Shown: in pieces, positions 43,270 to 56,558 of the stretch
Layout of the letters: the number at the start of each line of letters is the position of its first letter
Position numbering within the stretch: the stretch's first letter is position 1
DNA from: Paraspadella gotoi
Taxonomy: Eukaryota; Animalia; Chaetognatha
Direction: 5' to 3'
Assembly: GCA_051294375.1 (NCBI GenBank)
Contig: CM119265.1
Location: 8,936,772-9,000,771, forward strand
DNA: 64,000 bases
Program-made: the position numbers and the translations under genes
Notes under the pieces: generated by a model
Told to the model about the DNA's origin: nothing
What the model saw: only the letters and a program-made list of their open reading frames with translations
Databases searched by the model: none

Positions 43270-46200
43270 AAAGAACGAATTTCACCTCACAAAATCCAGA
43301 ATAAAACTGAAAGCTAAATCAAATTTAAATTGAATAAATTGTTTACGATGTCGCTATGGAACGAAGTGGGAATGACAAAAGCAAGTAGACGAAGTTCCTA
43401 CGGTGTAATATTATCTTTATGACAACTTGACACTATTTTCAAAGATTATTGTCAAAGTTCCGTCTAATTTTTTGTAACGAACAATCAATTTTTTTAAATG
43501 TCTATAAAGATTCCAAACGAAATTTCTGCCTCGTGTCTTCGCCCCATCGCTTTATTTTTCCCCGAAAGAGAAAATTTTAGACGACGAAAAAATGGCTATC
43601 ACGATGACAGATAAACGGACGACGCGATGACGACGATGATGATGATGACTGATTACGAATGGATCTTCTATTGGGCCGGTCATGGAAGACCTCGAACGCC
43701 GGTTCCGTCTGGTGGTGCAGAAAGCGAACGGTGCGTGTTATGTGGATAAGTGTGGAGATGCCAAATAGGGTCGATGGCCGTGTGGCAAAATTATTTTTTT
43801 TCTCGTTTTTATTGAGTCCGCTTAATTGGGGGTTTTTTCTTAAGTAGGGAAGTAATAGATAAGGCGATGGCGGATAAGCTGAAGTTATGTCGTGGAGCAT
43901 GGGGACTACGCTAGCAGTGTCATGATGCGATCGATAATAAGACCATAACACTTGAGGCGCAGTATCAAGAAACGTTCGGAGCTATACGGAGGTGATCAGC
44001 GAAATGAAGTTAAAACTTGTTTCAAAAGGAGATTGAAACGTTTGTCAGGGGAAGGCATGAAACCGCACCATGGAGTGCTATGGAAGTGACGCGGCGTGCA
44101 GGGCGTCAGGGGATCCGAGTTGCGGGAAAAGGCGGCGGCGACAAGAGTGTTTTAAAAAAATGCGGCGACGAATTCCTCTTAAACCTTCGAACCAAAAAAA
44201 GAGGAGGAAGGAGTTGATGAGAGAAAATCGAGAGGAAAGGTCAACGAGGCGAAAACGGTAGGCCGAGAAGGAGGAAAGGAAAAAGGAGTGGGGAGTTGGG
44301 GCAGAGTAGATTGGAGGAAGAGGGGAGGAATGGAGGAAAAGGTGCAAGTAGAGAAGAAGAGCAAGAAAAAAACTGGGGGAAACGAGAGAGAGATAAGAAA
44401 GCCTTTTGAGCAATACTGAAAGTGAATTAAAAAAGTTAAGAGAAAAGAGAGAAAGAAAGAAGAGAAAGAGAAGAAAGAAAGACAAGAAAGAAAGAAAAGA
44501 AAGAAAGAAAAAGAGAGAAAGAAAAAAAGAAAGGAAAGAAAGAAAAGAGGGAGAAAGAAAGAGAAAGAAAAGGCGAAAAAAAGCAAAGGAGGAAAGTGAG
44601 AGATTGACGTGAAAGGAAAGTGACCCCGCGCCTTCGTTTGCTCCCTTTGAACAAATTCAATTTTCCCGAATAAGGACCGATCGTTGCAGAAATTCGAGGA
44701 GAGTATGAAAACGACGACACGACGGAGATGATGGAGTCAGAAGTGAGAGGCGAAGGAGGCAAAGAAAGTTAAAAGAAAAATGGAAAGGTTTGGGGAGGAA
44801 ATAAGAAAATGGTCGGGAAAAAAAAGAGAAGAAAAAATTTGGAAAAATAGATTATAAGTTGGTGGGGAAAATAAATAATAAAAGAAAATAAAATATATGA
44901 AAATGTAAGAGTGATGGCAGGCCTTAAACGACCCTAGCCTGTCCAAATCAGGGGTAAGATAGCTTATTTACTAAATGAATGAATAATTTTATATTGGTTG
45001 TTCAATTTCAGGTATAAAAAAGGATGATAATAGAAAAAAATTTGAAGATGAGGAGGAAAAGAGTTGAATAAGAAGAGAGCGACAAAGAGGAAGGAAAGAT
45101 GGACGAGGTTGGGGGAAGGAAGTTTGAAAAGCGTCAACCGGGTGACTCTTATTGGCGACCGCTTCGCTGAGTCTCACTTTATTGGAACAACTGAGGCACG
45201 TAGATCGAAGTGGAGAGCCAAAATTAGAGAGAGAGAAGAGAAAAGAGAGAGAAGAAAAAGGGAGGAGAGAGAGATGAGAGAAGTAGGAGAAAAAAAAGAA
45301 GAGAGAGGAGAGAGGAAGAGAGAGTGAGAGAGAGGAGAGAGAGGAAAGAAGAGAGAGAAGAGGAGAGAGATGAGGAGAGAGAACGGACGTCAGCGCTATG
45401 CTAAAAATAAACTTCAAACTGAAGGCAAGCGATTGGATATTTGTTCAGTTAAAAAAGGAAAGCAGCGACGTCAATCGAAAATTAAACTCATTCAAAGATA
45501 GTTATAAATTTTCTACCACATTGGTACATCTTTTAAAAAAATACGGCATCTTTCATTCGCGCAAATTTTCTCGACGAGTTTAAAGCGTCCGTCCCCTTAA
45601 ATCAGACCGAGGAGACAAGACCCGAGGATTCGAAATTCACATTAAGTATTTTCTTTAACGCAATTTGGTGAGTGAGATTGGGAGGAGGAGGGGAGAAAGA
45701 GGAGAGGAGATGAGAGAGAAGAGAGCAGAGCAGAGATGAAGAGAAGAGAGAGAGAGGAGACGACAGACGAGAGAGAGAGATGGACGATGAGAGAGGAGGT
45801 CGGAGGGGGATGGAGAAGCGTGGAGACGGAGACGCTGAAAGGATGAGAGAACGGTGAGAAGAGAGAGAGACGGAGAGGGTTTGGTAGGAATCCCAAACCG
45901 GATTAAAGGAAAGAGAAGTTGAGAAAAATTAGAACATGGCCGAAAAATTGATTGGAATTAAGGGATGTTCCCTCGACCGAAAACTCTCGAAGATGTCTCC
46001 GTCGTAAAAGCGACTTGAGGAAGACGACGGAGAGACGCGACGACGACGTAGTGTTGATGATGATTGATGACGATGAAGACGATAACTATGACGATGACTG
46101 ACATTATTTAAAGCGGAGAAAAAGAATAAAAGGCAACAAAAGACAGAAAAAAAGCAATATTGACGCTGATGAAAAAGGGCGACCTACGACGAAGAAAGAA

Positions 46201-46943
46201 CGAACGAATATAACACAAGAGAAAGAACGCCGAAGTAAATAGAAGGAAAGATAATCCCTGTACATTAAATGATAAAAAAATGAACCACAAATACAATAAA
46301 ATATTACATTAAATGAACTTTTAAAAAAATTAAAACAAACGACAACATTAAAAATCAAAAATTTCCAAGATATATATAAAAACAACAAACAATTAAGACG
46401 GAAGACGAAGACGAAGACGAAGACGATTTCAATTTCGCCTTTCCCTTTCGCCCTTCAATTTCGCCTTTCCATTTCGCCTTTCCCTTCGCCTTCAATTCGC
46501 CTTTCCATTTCGCCTTTCCCTATCGCCCTTCAATTCGCGCTTTCCATTTCGCCTTTCCTTCGCCCTTAATATTCGCCGTTCCATTTCGCCTTTCCCTTTC
46601 GCCCTTCAATTCCCTTTCCATTTCGCCTTTCCCTTACGCCCTTCAAATTTGCCTTTCCATTTCGCCTTTCCCTTTCGCCCTCAATTTGCCTTTCCATTTC
46701 GCCTTTCCCTTTCGCCCTTCAATTCGCCTTTCCATTTGCCGCCTTTCCCTTTCGCCCTTAAATTCGCCTTCCATTTCGCTCATCGATCTTCTTCTCCTCC
46801 GATGCTAATCGATCAGATGAACTTCGATTAATTAGGCTCAGACTCAAGTCGCAGACGTCTACCGGATTCGTCGTCGTCGTCGTTGTATTGTTGTTTCTGT
46901 TCGTTACTGTTTCTAAAGAGAGAAGCTGATATTCAGATCGTTC

Positions 46944-47003
<60 letters not shown>

Positions 47004-48646
47004 TTCATAAACACGCGAAACCGGAGTCCCGCGTGAATACGAAATCCGGCGCCATCATATTTTGCAGCCAGGTCGCGCCAAGTAACGCCGAATGTGGCGT
47101 CCCTGCTCTTCGAGGAGGAAAATCACTGATGGCCGGGCCATGAGACCATCTGATGTCAAAACGATGCCGATGACAGCGACGACGATGACAGAGACGTGAT
47201 GGAAAACTGATAGGCACTGAAAGAAGACGAGGGTAATGACAAAGGCAATGACAGCGACACTAATAACATGCGCTCTTGATGATGAAATGACGCCAATGAC
47301 AGCGACTTTATGGGAAAACGACACCAGTACAGCGACGCCAATTGACAGCGACGCCAACTTTGACAGCACGGCAATGACAGCGACATCGATGGACAGACGT
47401 TCGGAATCTTCAACGTTGTGCGCCGTTAGTCGCAAAAAGCTCAAGTAAAAACCAGAGGAAGTTGGGGTGGCGCGGTGGCCGGTGGATGGCGGATTGGTCA
47501 TGGTAGCGGCGGTGCTGTTGGTGTTGATAGCCTGAAGAGAGGCAGAGGTGGTTAACGTATGGACTCTGAAGTCAAATGATAAAAATTATTAATGTGACGA
47601 AGTCGACAGTAAAAAACGGCTATCGTCAACTCTAGAGAGAGAAAACGTACGACCAAAAGGATTCCATGTAGGATTTCCACATTCTTAAACCGACATAAAA
47701 ATTAAATCACAAACAAAACATTTGGGATTTTGAGACTTAATATCTACCTTCGACTAAGATTAATATATATTAATGTGGACTAATAATATCATATGATAAA
47801 TGAATATATCAACACTTCCGTTCCGCGCATCAAACCTGTCTTCATTTGTTCCTCGGGTTCCTTATTATATTTCGCCTCTTAATTTTATTTTTCTTAATTT
47901 ACTGTAGCTTCGTCTCATTTTTACGAGTTAAGATGTGCCAATATCGCTACACGCCCTCATCCCCCATCACCCATACTCTCCCCACATCGCCGGCTCGCCA
48001 TTCAAAACACCTTCCGACCGTGTTTCGATAACGAAGTGAATCAGTATCTTTCGCTCAAGGGACGCGACTGACCAATTGAGAAGCCTTTCTAGATCAAGAC
48101 ACGATATCCCAGCATCAGGCACACGAGAAAATAAAAGCATTCGGCCAATCGGAAGTGAGGTTCGGAAAAAAAACGACGGTGGAACGGCCAATCAGATGCT
48201 GGTTAAGAATGAGTCTTTGACCAATCAGAATGGCAGGACGCGCTCGCTCGCGAAAGGCATCAACGACTTAGAGTGGTGTCGAAGGCGTGAGTATGAGGAG
48301 AATAGTAGCAGGATAAAAGGGAGTGGGAAAGGTGAGGGAGAAAGAAGGAGAGGAAGAGGAAGGAGGAAGGTGAGAAGACAGAGAAAAGAGAGAATCCGAG
48401 ATAGGCTACTTTGACAGTCGCGGAGGGAGCCGGGCCTTGGTGCTCCGCGACGACCGGCCTGACTGCCCGTTGCGGCCGGCAGTTCGAGCTAGCCGTCCGA
48501 CCGCCCGACCGACAAAACCGGACTTGCCCGACCGGCCAAGAAGAAAAGACCATTTTTCGCCCGGCCTTTTCGCTCCTCGCTCTTTTCGCCATTCCATTTT
48601 TCAGTTCCACAGATCACTAGTGTCTTCTCTGCTCCCTCTCTCTCTG

Positions 48647-48711
<65 letters not shown>

Positions 48712-48724
48712 CTCTCCTCTCTCT

Positions 48725-48760
<36 letters not shown>

Positions 48761-48920
48761 TCGTCTTCTGTCTCTCTCTCTCCTCTCTCTCTCTTATTTC
48801 TTTCTTTCTTTTTCCGCCCTCTTCTTATTATTTCTTTTTTTAAATTCTTTTTCTCCCTCTTTGCTCTTTCAAGACGCCGTTTGTCTCCGGTGCATAAAAT
48901 GTCCCTTTCACCGTCTCTCT
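43270..48920 (+). repeat. Block B, copy 3
   Basis: Starts immediately after the 25-N gap 43245-43269 with the same anchor as 31692. Colinear with copy 1 with many single-base indels. Confidence 0.93.
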
Positions 48921-48937
48921 CTCTCTCTCTTCTCTCT

Positions 48938-48969
<32 letters not shown>

Positions 48970-49159
48970 GGCTTTCATTTTCTAAAAACCGCGTTGGTAT
49001 TTAACGTCCCTTTCTTTGTCTTTAATAATACTTCTGTTGATACTTGCCTAAGTATTACAAACGCGAGCGTCGTCCAGCATTTTAGTATTGATGCATCGAG
49101 AAATAGTGGGCGAATAATAATAATATTAATATCTCTCTCTCTCTCTCTTCCTCTCTCTC

Positions 49160-49200
<41 letters not shown>

Positions 49201-49209
49201 CTCTCTCTA

Positions 49210-49243
<34 letters not shown>

Positions 49244-49310
49244 TTTTCTCCCTCCTTTCTCTCCCTCCTATTGCGCACACGCCCAGTCCATAGGCAAAAT
49301 AAGAATCAGT

Positions 49311-49354
<44 letters not shown>

Positions 49355-49708
49355 ATAATAAAGCCTCGTCATCGACCCTCCCTCGACGTCATCTCTCATA
49401 TTTCTTTTCCATTTGCCAAATCAAAACTACATTTATAAATAAAAACGTTTAATGTAAAAATAATATCTAGATTAAGTAATTATTATTATTCGCCTTGTGG
49501 TCGTCTGAATAGTGATAAAATCTTCTCATTTTGTAATAATCAATGAATAAAATCATCTGTTGGAAATTAATGTACAATAGTTGCCGTTTCATCTGTTACA
49601 ATAAGCGACGTCTTCAGATAATCGGGGTCTTTCTCGCGACGCCAAACGCGAAGATGCCATCCGATGCCATGAGGCGTCAGCTGACTACATCAGCGTCGTT
49701 TACCGGAA

Positions 49709-49755
<47 letters not shown>

Positions 49756-50741
49756 GCTTGCGTCGATTTTTGATCAGCGAACGAAGAATGACGACGGGAG
49801 ACGAAACGAACAGAGAGAGAGAGAGATGTTAAACAAAACAACTCACTCAATTTTACAGAAAGACGTACAGACAAACAATCTCAACCATGTTATAGTACGG
49901 ACAGATAAAAAGACCGCCGCACCGACAAAAAGACAGAAGAAGCTAAAGTGTAACGCCTCGACTTAGATGGAAGCGAAACTCGGAATCGCGTAAGAAAGGA
50001 GAAACGAAAATCGCAGCTGCGTACGAATTATTCCACGAATGTTCGACGCGACTTTTCCTGATGAAATTTTTGACGGCGAAATAGTAAATCGGAAGTCGGA
50101 ACCGGAAGGCGAGATTGAGAGGGAGAGATATTTACGAAAATTCCATCTCCTTTGGAGATCCAATGGGCTTTGAAAATTAAAGTTTGTCAGATGTCCAATC
50201 CTTTCTTCGTGGTTCGTTATAAAATGTCCATTGTCCAATGTCCAGGTCTAACGTTGTCCAACGTTTTCTTGTGCCGATCGTTCTAATTCGTCAGTTGTGT
50301 TAACTTTTTGTTCATATAAACCACATGAGATAAAATGAGACAAAATGGAAATAAGAATGACGAATTACAACGAGAGTTTATGTCCAACGGTTCTTCTATT
50401 TAAAAAAAAAACATTTCAGTTTAAAACAATTTGACTTAGCTGATTATTTGAAAAACACGATTTCTTTTTACTTTGGTTGAATCCTCGTCTCTCCGCTCAG
50501 CAGCCATTTTCCCCTTTCTCCACCATTTCCCCTTTCGCACCCTTCTTTGTCTCCTCGCCGATAATGTCGTCGAAATGTCGGTAAAATTACCGACAAAATG
50601 GCGGCGAAATAACGTTGAAATGTCTGGCAGTCAAGAACCACCCGTCCGCCTTCGGCAATGTAGAGCGCGCTTTTGTTCCTTCGGCCACGCCCACCTTCAC
50701 TGAGATTCGCGCCGCTGTGGCGATTCGGACCCTTTCATCTC

Positions 50742-50784
<43 letters not shown>

Positions 50785-51041
50785 ATACTCCCTATCTTCC
50801 CCCCCTCGCCATTGGGATCTACTTTTCCCGCGTTTTTTCTTCGACTTTAGAGTAAATAGCGACATCGACTTCGTCTCACTAATGACCCACGACGCCGGCA
50901 ACGCCCCCTTCACTTCGGCGCCACCGCAGAAATGTTTTGTTTACAAACAAAAAGATTTCAAGATATTAGTCGTTTATTGCGTAGTTTTTCAAGTAAAGAA
51001 AACTTTTGAATGGATTTTAGGTTAACGAAAGAGAATTCAAT

Positions 51042-51091
<50 letters not shown>

Positions 51092-51115
51092 CTTCTCTCT
51101 CTCTCTCTCCGCTCT

Positions 51116-51175
<60 letters not shown>

Positions 51176-52791
51176 CTTTTATTTCTCCCTTTTCCAAATG
51201 GGCGTGTCAATTTTCTGCTCCGACTCGATGACCCTCACTCCCTCCCCTCACTTTCATGGTGCCCATGATGCCCGGCCGCCCCATCGAGGGCCCGAGGGGC
51301 GTCGACCGCGCATCATGGGCGTTCAATGGCCTCAACCCGCAACGTGCCGCCTCGGCCGTCCTCGGGCTTTGTGTGTGACGGACTCCGCGCGGTCCTTTGG
51401 GGTTTTATCGGATGGCTAGGGGCCGGGCTTGGGGCCGGACTGCCACCCCTAGAGGCCAAGAACTCTGCTCGTTCCGGCGGGCGCCCTGCAAGGGCTCTGG
51501 AGAACCCATCTCGGTCTCTCGACCCTGCGAAGCCCAAGAGAACTATCTCAAGTTCGCTTTCCAACATTCACATCGTCTCTATCTACCTCTCGTTTATCTC
51601 TATCTCTATCTCTTTATCTCTATCTCCCTCTCGTTTATTCAAAATCTATTTCCTGCTCTCAAAGGTTGAAAATACAGATTTTTTTTTCTCAGAAATAACT
51701 TTTTTTAATTTTTATTTCCAATTATTTTTCTTCTTTTTTTCTTCATTTAAATTCCATTTGCGGTTTATGGTTCAGAATTACTTTTTTTTAAATTCTCTTT
51801 TTTAAGCACTATTACAAACTTAAAAAAACTTTGAAAGCAAAGTAAAAAGTAAAGCATTAGTAAAACATTATTACGTATATACTATGCAAATTTAATTCAA
51901 TTCTTCTTTTATAAAAATCCCCCACGAAAACAAAAACTCCTTCGCCCATAAAAAAAATTCCATCTCCAATTCAGCCGATTCCCCCAAATATTCCAGTTTC
52001 CACAGTTTAGAATTCCAGCATCCCACGAAACTTTCATCCCTTTTAGAATTTCACCTTAACCCCTCCCCCCCCTCCGCCCCCCGTTTCAAAGGGCGACTTC
52101 CACTCAATTTCGATAAGGCCTAATCCTCCCTCGTAGTCTCAGCCTCTCCCCCCCCTCACATTCCGCCTTCGGGTTTTGAGACCTTGCCTTTTCAATTCCA
52201 CCTACGACCTCTTCGTCCTCATCCTCTTCTGCTCTTCCTCTTTCTCATCCTCTTCTGCTCTTCCTCTTCCTCATCCTCTTCCGCTCTTCCTCGTCTTCGT
52301 GCTTCTCATTTCAATTCTTTTCACTTTCTTTATATATATTATCCACTTTTCTATTTTAATTCACGAAGTTTAAAATTATCTCGACTTTTAGTTTTCTCGC
52401 CATTTTTTTAGAATTTCATTCCCCGAAAAAATTCATTCAATAATTGATTCATTCATTCATTCATATCTCCATTTTCCTTCCCCATTTTTACCCCTGAGCC
52501 CTTCTTGTCCCAACGGCCCCCAGGCATCTCCTTCCTTCTCCTCCCTCTTCCTCCACTCCCTCCACTCCCTCCCCTTTCCTCCATTCTCCCTCCTTCCCCT
52601 GCTTTTCTCACTCTCCCTCCTTCCCCTGCTCAGTCTGACCCCCAAAGCGGATTTGTTAACCGAATTTCCTTTTCCCTTCTTTTTTCTATGAATTTCAATT
52701 TCCTCTCTTCCGTCAGTCTTTGCCTTTTCCGATCCACTGTATGTCGGACAGTCTCTTGTCATCGCTTTGTTTCTTTGTTTCAAGGATTCAA

Positions 52792-52836
<45 letters not shown>

Positions 52837-53638
52837 GACTTCCTTTTTTGCAGGGGAATCTCCCCCTCATAAAAAGAAAGGGAGGTCAGAGGTTTAAGGG
52901 CGTGGACTAACCGGGTTTCGGTTGCTATGGAAACCTTTGGGTGGCACATGGAGGAGGAGGAGGAGCGAGAAGAGGAGGAAGATGAAGAAGAGGAAAGAAA
53001 ATAAAAGGGGGCGGGAAACAATGATGAGCACAAAGGAGACGAGATAGGCATCGAGAAAATAAATAGTTAACAACTTATTTTTTGTATTGCCTTATAAAGG
53101 TACAAAAAATACATTATTGTTACAGATTAATACAAAATACGCGCTCATTATTCGTCAACCCCATTCAAAACCACGACATAATTAAAGAATTATTGTATCC
53201 TGAAAAGATTAGCGTATAATCAGATGATTAATTGATTACTTATTAGATTCATTAATCAATTTCGGCTTATAAATTAAGTTGTGCGTTCCTTAGTTGCTTG
53301 TATTGAGATTAATGGTCTTGTAAAAATTATTGGTTGTACGCAAACAACAAATCGGAATTAGGATTTATTTTATTTTTCAAATGAAAGAGTTCTTTCCACG
53401 TATTAAGAAGCAAACTGTCACAAAGGGTCGAGTAGGATCAAGAGATTGAGAGAGAGAGCAAAAGAAAGAAAGAAGGAAAAAGAGAAAGGGAGAGAGAGAG
53501 AGAGAGAGCCATGGGAAATTTATATTCTGACAAACCTGGGCTCAACACAGTCACGGATTAGGGAGGAGAACGTGAAGAAGAAAGACAGAGACAGAGTGAG
53601 TGAGAGTGTGAAAGAGACTGAGGAAAAAGGGAGAGAGT

Positions 53639-53682
<44 letters not shown>

Positions 53683-54351
53683 ATGGTGCATCTAAAGGAG
53701 GAGTCAGAGTGAGAAATTGAGCGTCGACGGTCAGTGGGAGAAACAAAGCGACGGAGATATGTAGATTAGGGAGAAAAGGGGAGGGAGGAAAGAGAGGAGA
53801 GGGATTGGGAAAAGAACAGTAAGGGAGGAAGGAGAGGGAGAAAGGAAAGGAGAAGGGAGGAGAAAAGGAGACAGAGAAAACTAGGGAACTAAAGATAATG
53901 AGCGGATGAAGGATTTTTCATATCAGGATACAAAACATAAATTGATAATCAAAATGGAATGACAGTCATTCAACAAAATTAAATCGAAAAATTCCCGAAA
54001 ATTCTTCAGTAAAAAGAAACAATACGGAAGCTTAAGCTTGAAACACAAAGAAAATATCGAGAAAAGAAGTATCGGGGAAAGGAAGGGTAAGGAATGGAAG
54101 GATTGGAACAATGGCCCTTGTTCCGTGAGGCGTTTGACCAGTGATTCCACGCCCACAACCCTTTCCAGCTTTCCACCACTCCCTACCCACACCCCCCTTC
54201 CTCCTCCTCATCCTCCTCCACCTTTCTTTCGCTTCCAGCATTTCCGCTTTCGCTTCCCGATTCGCCGCCTCGGACGCCGCCTCCGAAATTCATTTGAAAT
54301 TCAAATTCTGACGATTAGAAAGCGTGAGAGAGAGAGAGAGAGAGACGAGAG

Positions 54352-54429
<78 letters not shown>

Positions 54430-54968
54430 AAATGGTCAGGAAGAACCGACAAACTGTGGAAAAGGGGAACAAAGACGCGATGAAAATACTGTTTTAAAAA
54501 AACATACGGAAAGGAATATTCGATTTTTAAATGGCGAGGAAAAACTTCATAAAAAGAATAAAATTCCCTACTGAAATAAAATAATCAAGACCGGTCAATG
54601 ATAAAAAAATGTTCGACCAGAAAAGGCATTTTGATATTTTGTGAAAGACTTGTGAATTTTTAAGAATGAATGAACGAGAATGAATGAACGAGAATGAATG
54701 AACGCGCGAATGAACGAGAAGGATTAAAAAGACAGATTGTGATCCGGTGTGAATGGTGATAGTCGAATGAATGACAAACGATCGAAAGATTGAAAAAACG
54801 ACTGGCGAGTGAATTCTAAACGACTCCGAACGAATCCTCATCATCGCCGAGGATTCCAGCACCGGCGTCCGATGGCTTTTTAACGAGCTCCAAATACGGT
54901 GCTTTTCTATGGTGGCATCTCTATTCTCTATTGTGCAAATCGATCTTTCTTCCCCCCCCCCCGCGCAG

Positions 54969-55045
54969 AACAAGCCGACAACGGTGGTTCCTCGTCATCC
55001 GCTAACAAGAGACCTCGAACCACGATCACGGCCAAACAATTGGAG
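54969..55045 (+). CDS. Lhx3: Lhx3/Lhx4 coding exon, linker and homeodomain N-terminal arm
   Basis: Acceptor cccccccccgcgcag. g+aa = E, then QADNGGSSSSANKRPRTTITAKQLE; KRPRTTITAKQLE is characteristic of Lhx3/4. Donor gtgagg at 55046. 77 nt; phase 1 in matches the 28501 donor. Confidence 0.95.
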
Positions 55046-55417
55046 GTGAGGCTTAAGGGTAGGAAAGCGCCGAGTAGGGTAGGGGTAGGGAAAAGGAGCA
55101 GGGGGAATAAGAAAGAGGGGAGGGAAGTGTAGGAGTATCGATGGGAAAAATACAAATGATGTCAAATTCTTATCAACCAATGAGAGTCACGAGACACTAA
55201 ATAGTTATATGCAAGCTTAAAATTTAAACTAAATAGATGTCATTTAACTGATTGATTAAACTCAGATATTTATGCTTTTAAAAACCAAAGAGTAGATGGC
55301 GTTTAAGATCAAACATATTAAACTATTTTAACATTATGGAAAGAAAAAAAAACACACGAATATTTCCGTCTCAATTCGCCAAAAAAAAATTAAATGGGAA
55401 TTCTCGCTCGACTTCAG

Positions 55418-55580
55418 ACCTTGAAAAACGCGTACAACAACAGTCCCAAGCCTGCCCGGCACGTGCGGGAGCAGCTGAGCCAGGACACGGGTCTCGACGT
55501 TCGCGTCGTTCAGGTCTGGTTTCAAAATCGGCGCGCGAAGGAGAAGCGATTGAAGAAGGACGCCGGCCGCGCCCGTTGGG
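55418..55580 (+). CDS. Lhx3: Lhx3/Lhx4 coding exon, homeodomain helices 1-3
   Basis: Acceptor ttctcgctcgacttcag. Encodes [54 protein letters not shown] plus one g (Q50 homeodomain with the Lhx3/4 motifs [12 protein letters not shown] and KRLKKDAGR). Donor gtgagt at 55581. 163 nt. Confidence 0.98.
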
Positions 55581-55817
55581 GTGAGTTTTATTCTTTTGCT
55601 TCTTCGCTATTTTGCTTCTTTTTTTTTTTTGGTTTATCTTTTGTTTATTTTTGTTTATCTTGTGTAGAGAGAGAATGTCGAATTACAGTTTGAATACAGT
55701 TTTCTCATCAATCTCTCTTTTTTTTTTTTTTTTTTTTGATCGATATTGTTTCTGCCTCTATTTTTATCTTCGCAAAATCCAATTACAGCCGAAATCAATC
55801 GGCAATTGGCATCACCG

Positions 55818-55918
<101 letters not shown>

Positions 55919-56363
55919 TTCTCATTCTGTTCTCCATTTCGCCTTACCCACCGCCTCACCGGCCGATTACCATTCCAAATCGTTTTCCAACGTCGCGCGG
56001 CCTCTTTTCTCTTTTGTCTTTGATCTCGTCTCTTGAAAAATGTTTGTTTACCTTTTGTCTTTTCAGATGTTTATTGATTTTTATCTTTTATAGATTTGTA
56101 ATTGTTTGTTTACAGTACTCTTTTTGATGTCGTTTCTGTTATTGTCTGCGAATGAGGCAACTTGAACAAGATATTAAATTTCATTGTTAAATATAAATAA
56201 AAACGTGACCGTGTTACATGACATTATAAAAAGGCAAGAGCTATTCTTTATCCTTTTGATCTTTATGAGGAAATAAGTATTATTTTTTCCCCCTCAAAAA
56301 TCAAAGGTCATTCTGACCCCCTTTCCCCCCTGCCACCTCCCCCTCCCTTTCCCCACCCCGCAG

Positions 56364-56558
56364 GTCAATACTTCGGGAGCGGAAGTGGGCGCGGCGGCGG
56401 CGGCTCGTCCGGCGGCGCTGGGGGGGGACTCGGCGTCTCCCCCGGAAGCCCCACCTCCCTCAAACGCTCCTCCTCGCCCGGCAGTCTTTCCGGCAAGGAC
56501 GACAGTCTCGGCGGCGACGACAAAGACATGTACGGCGACGATTCCTTCGTCTACGACG
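56364..56558 (+). CDS. Lhx3: Lhx3/Lhx4 coding exon, post-homeodomain Gly/Ser-rich region
   Basis: Long C-rich tract ending ccccgcag. g+gt = G, then QYFGSGSGRGGGGSSGGAGGGLGVSPGSPTSLKRSSSPGSLSGKDDSLGGDDKDMYGDDSFVYD plus one g. The splice restores the conserved RW-GQYF motif. Donor gtgagt at 56559. 195 nt, phase 1 at both ends. Confidence 0.92.
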
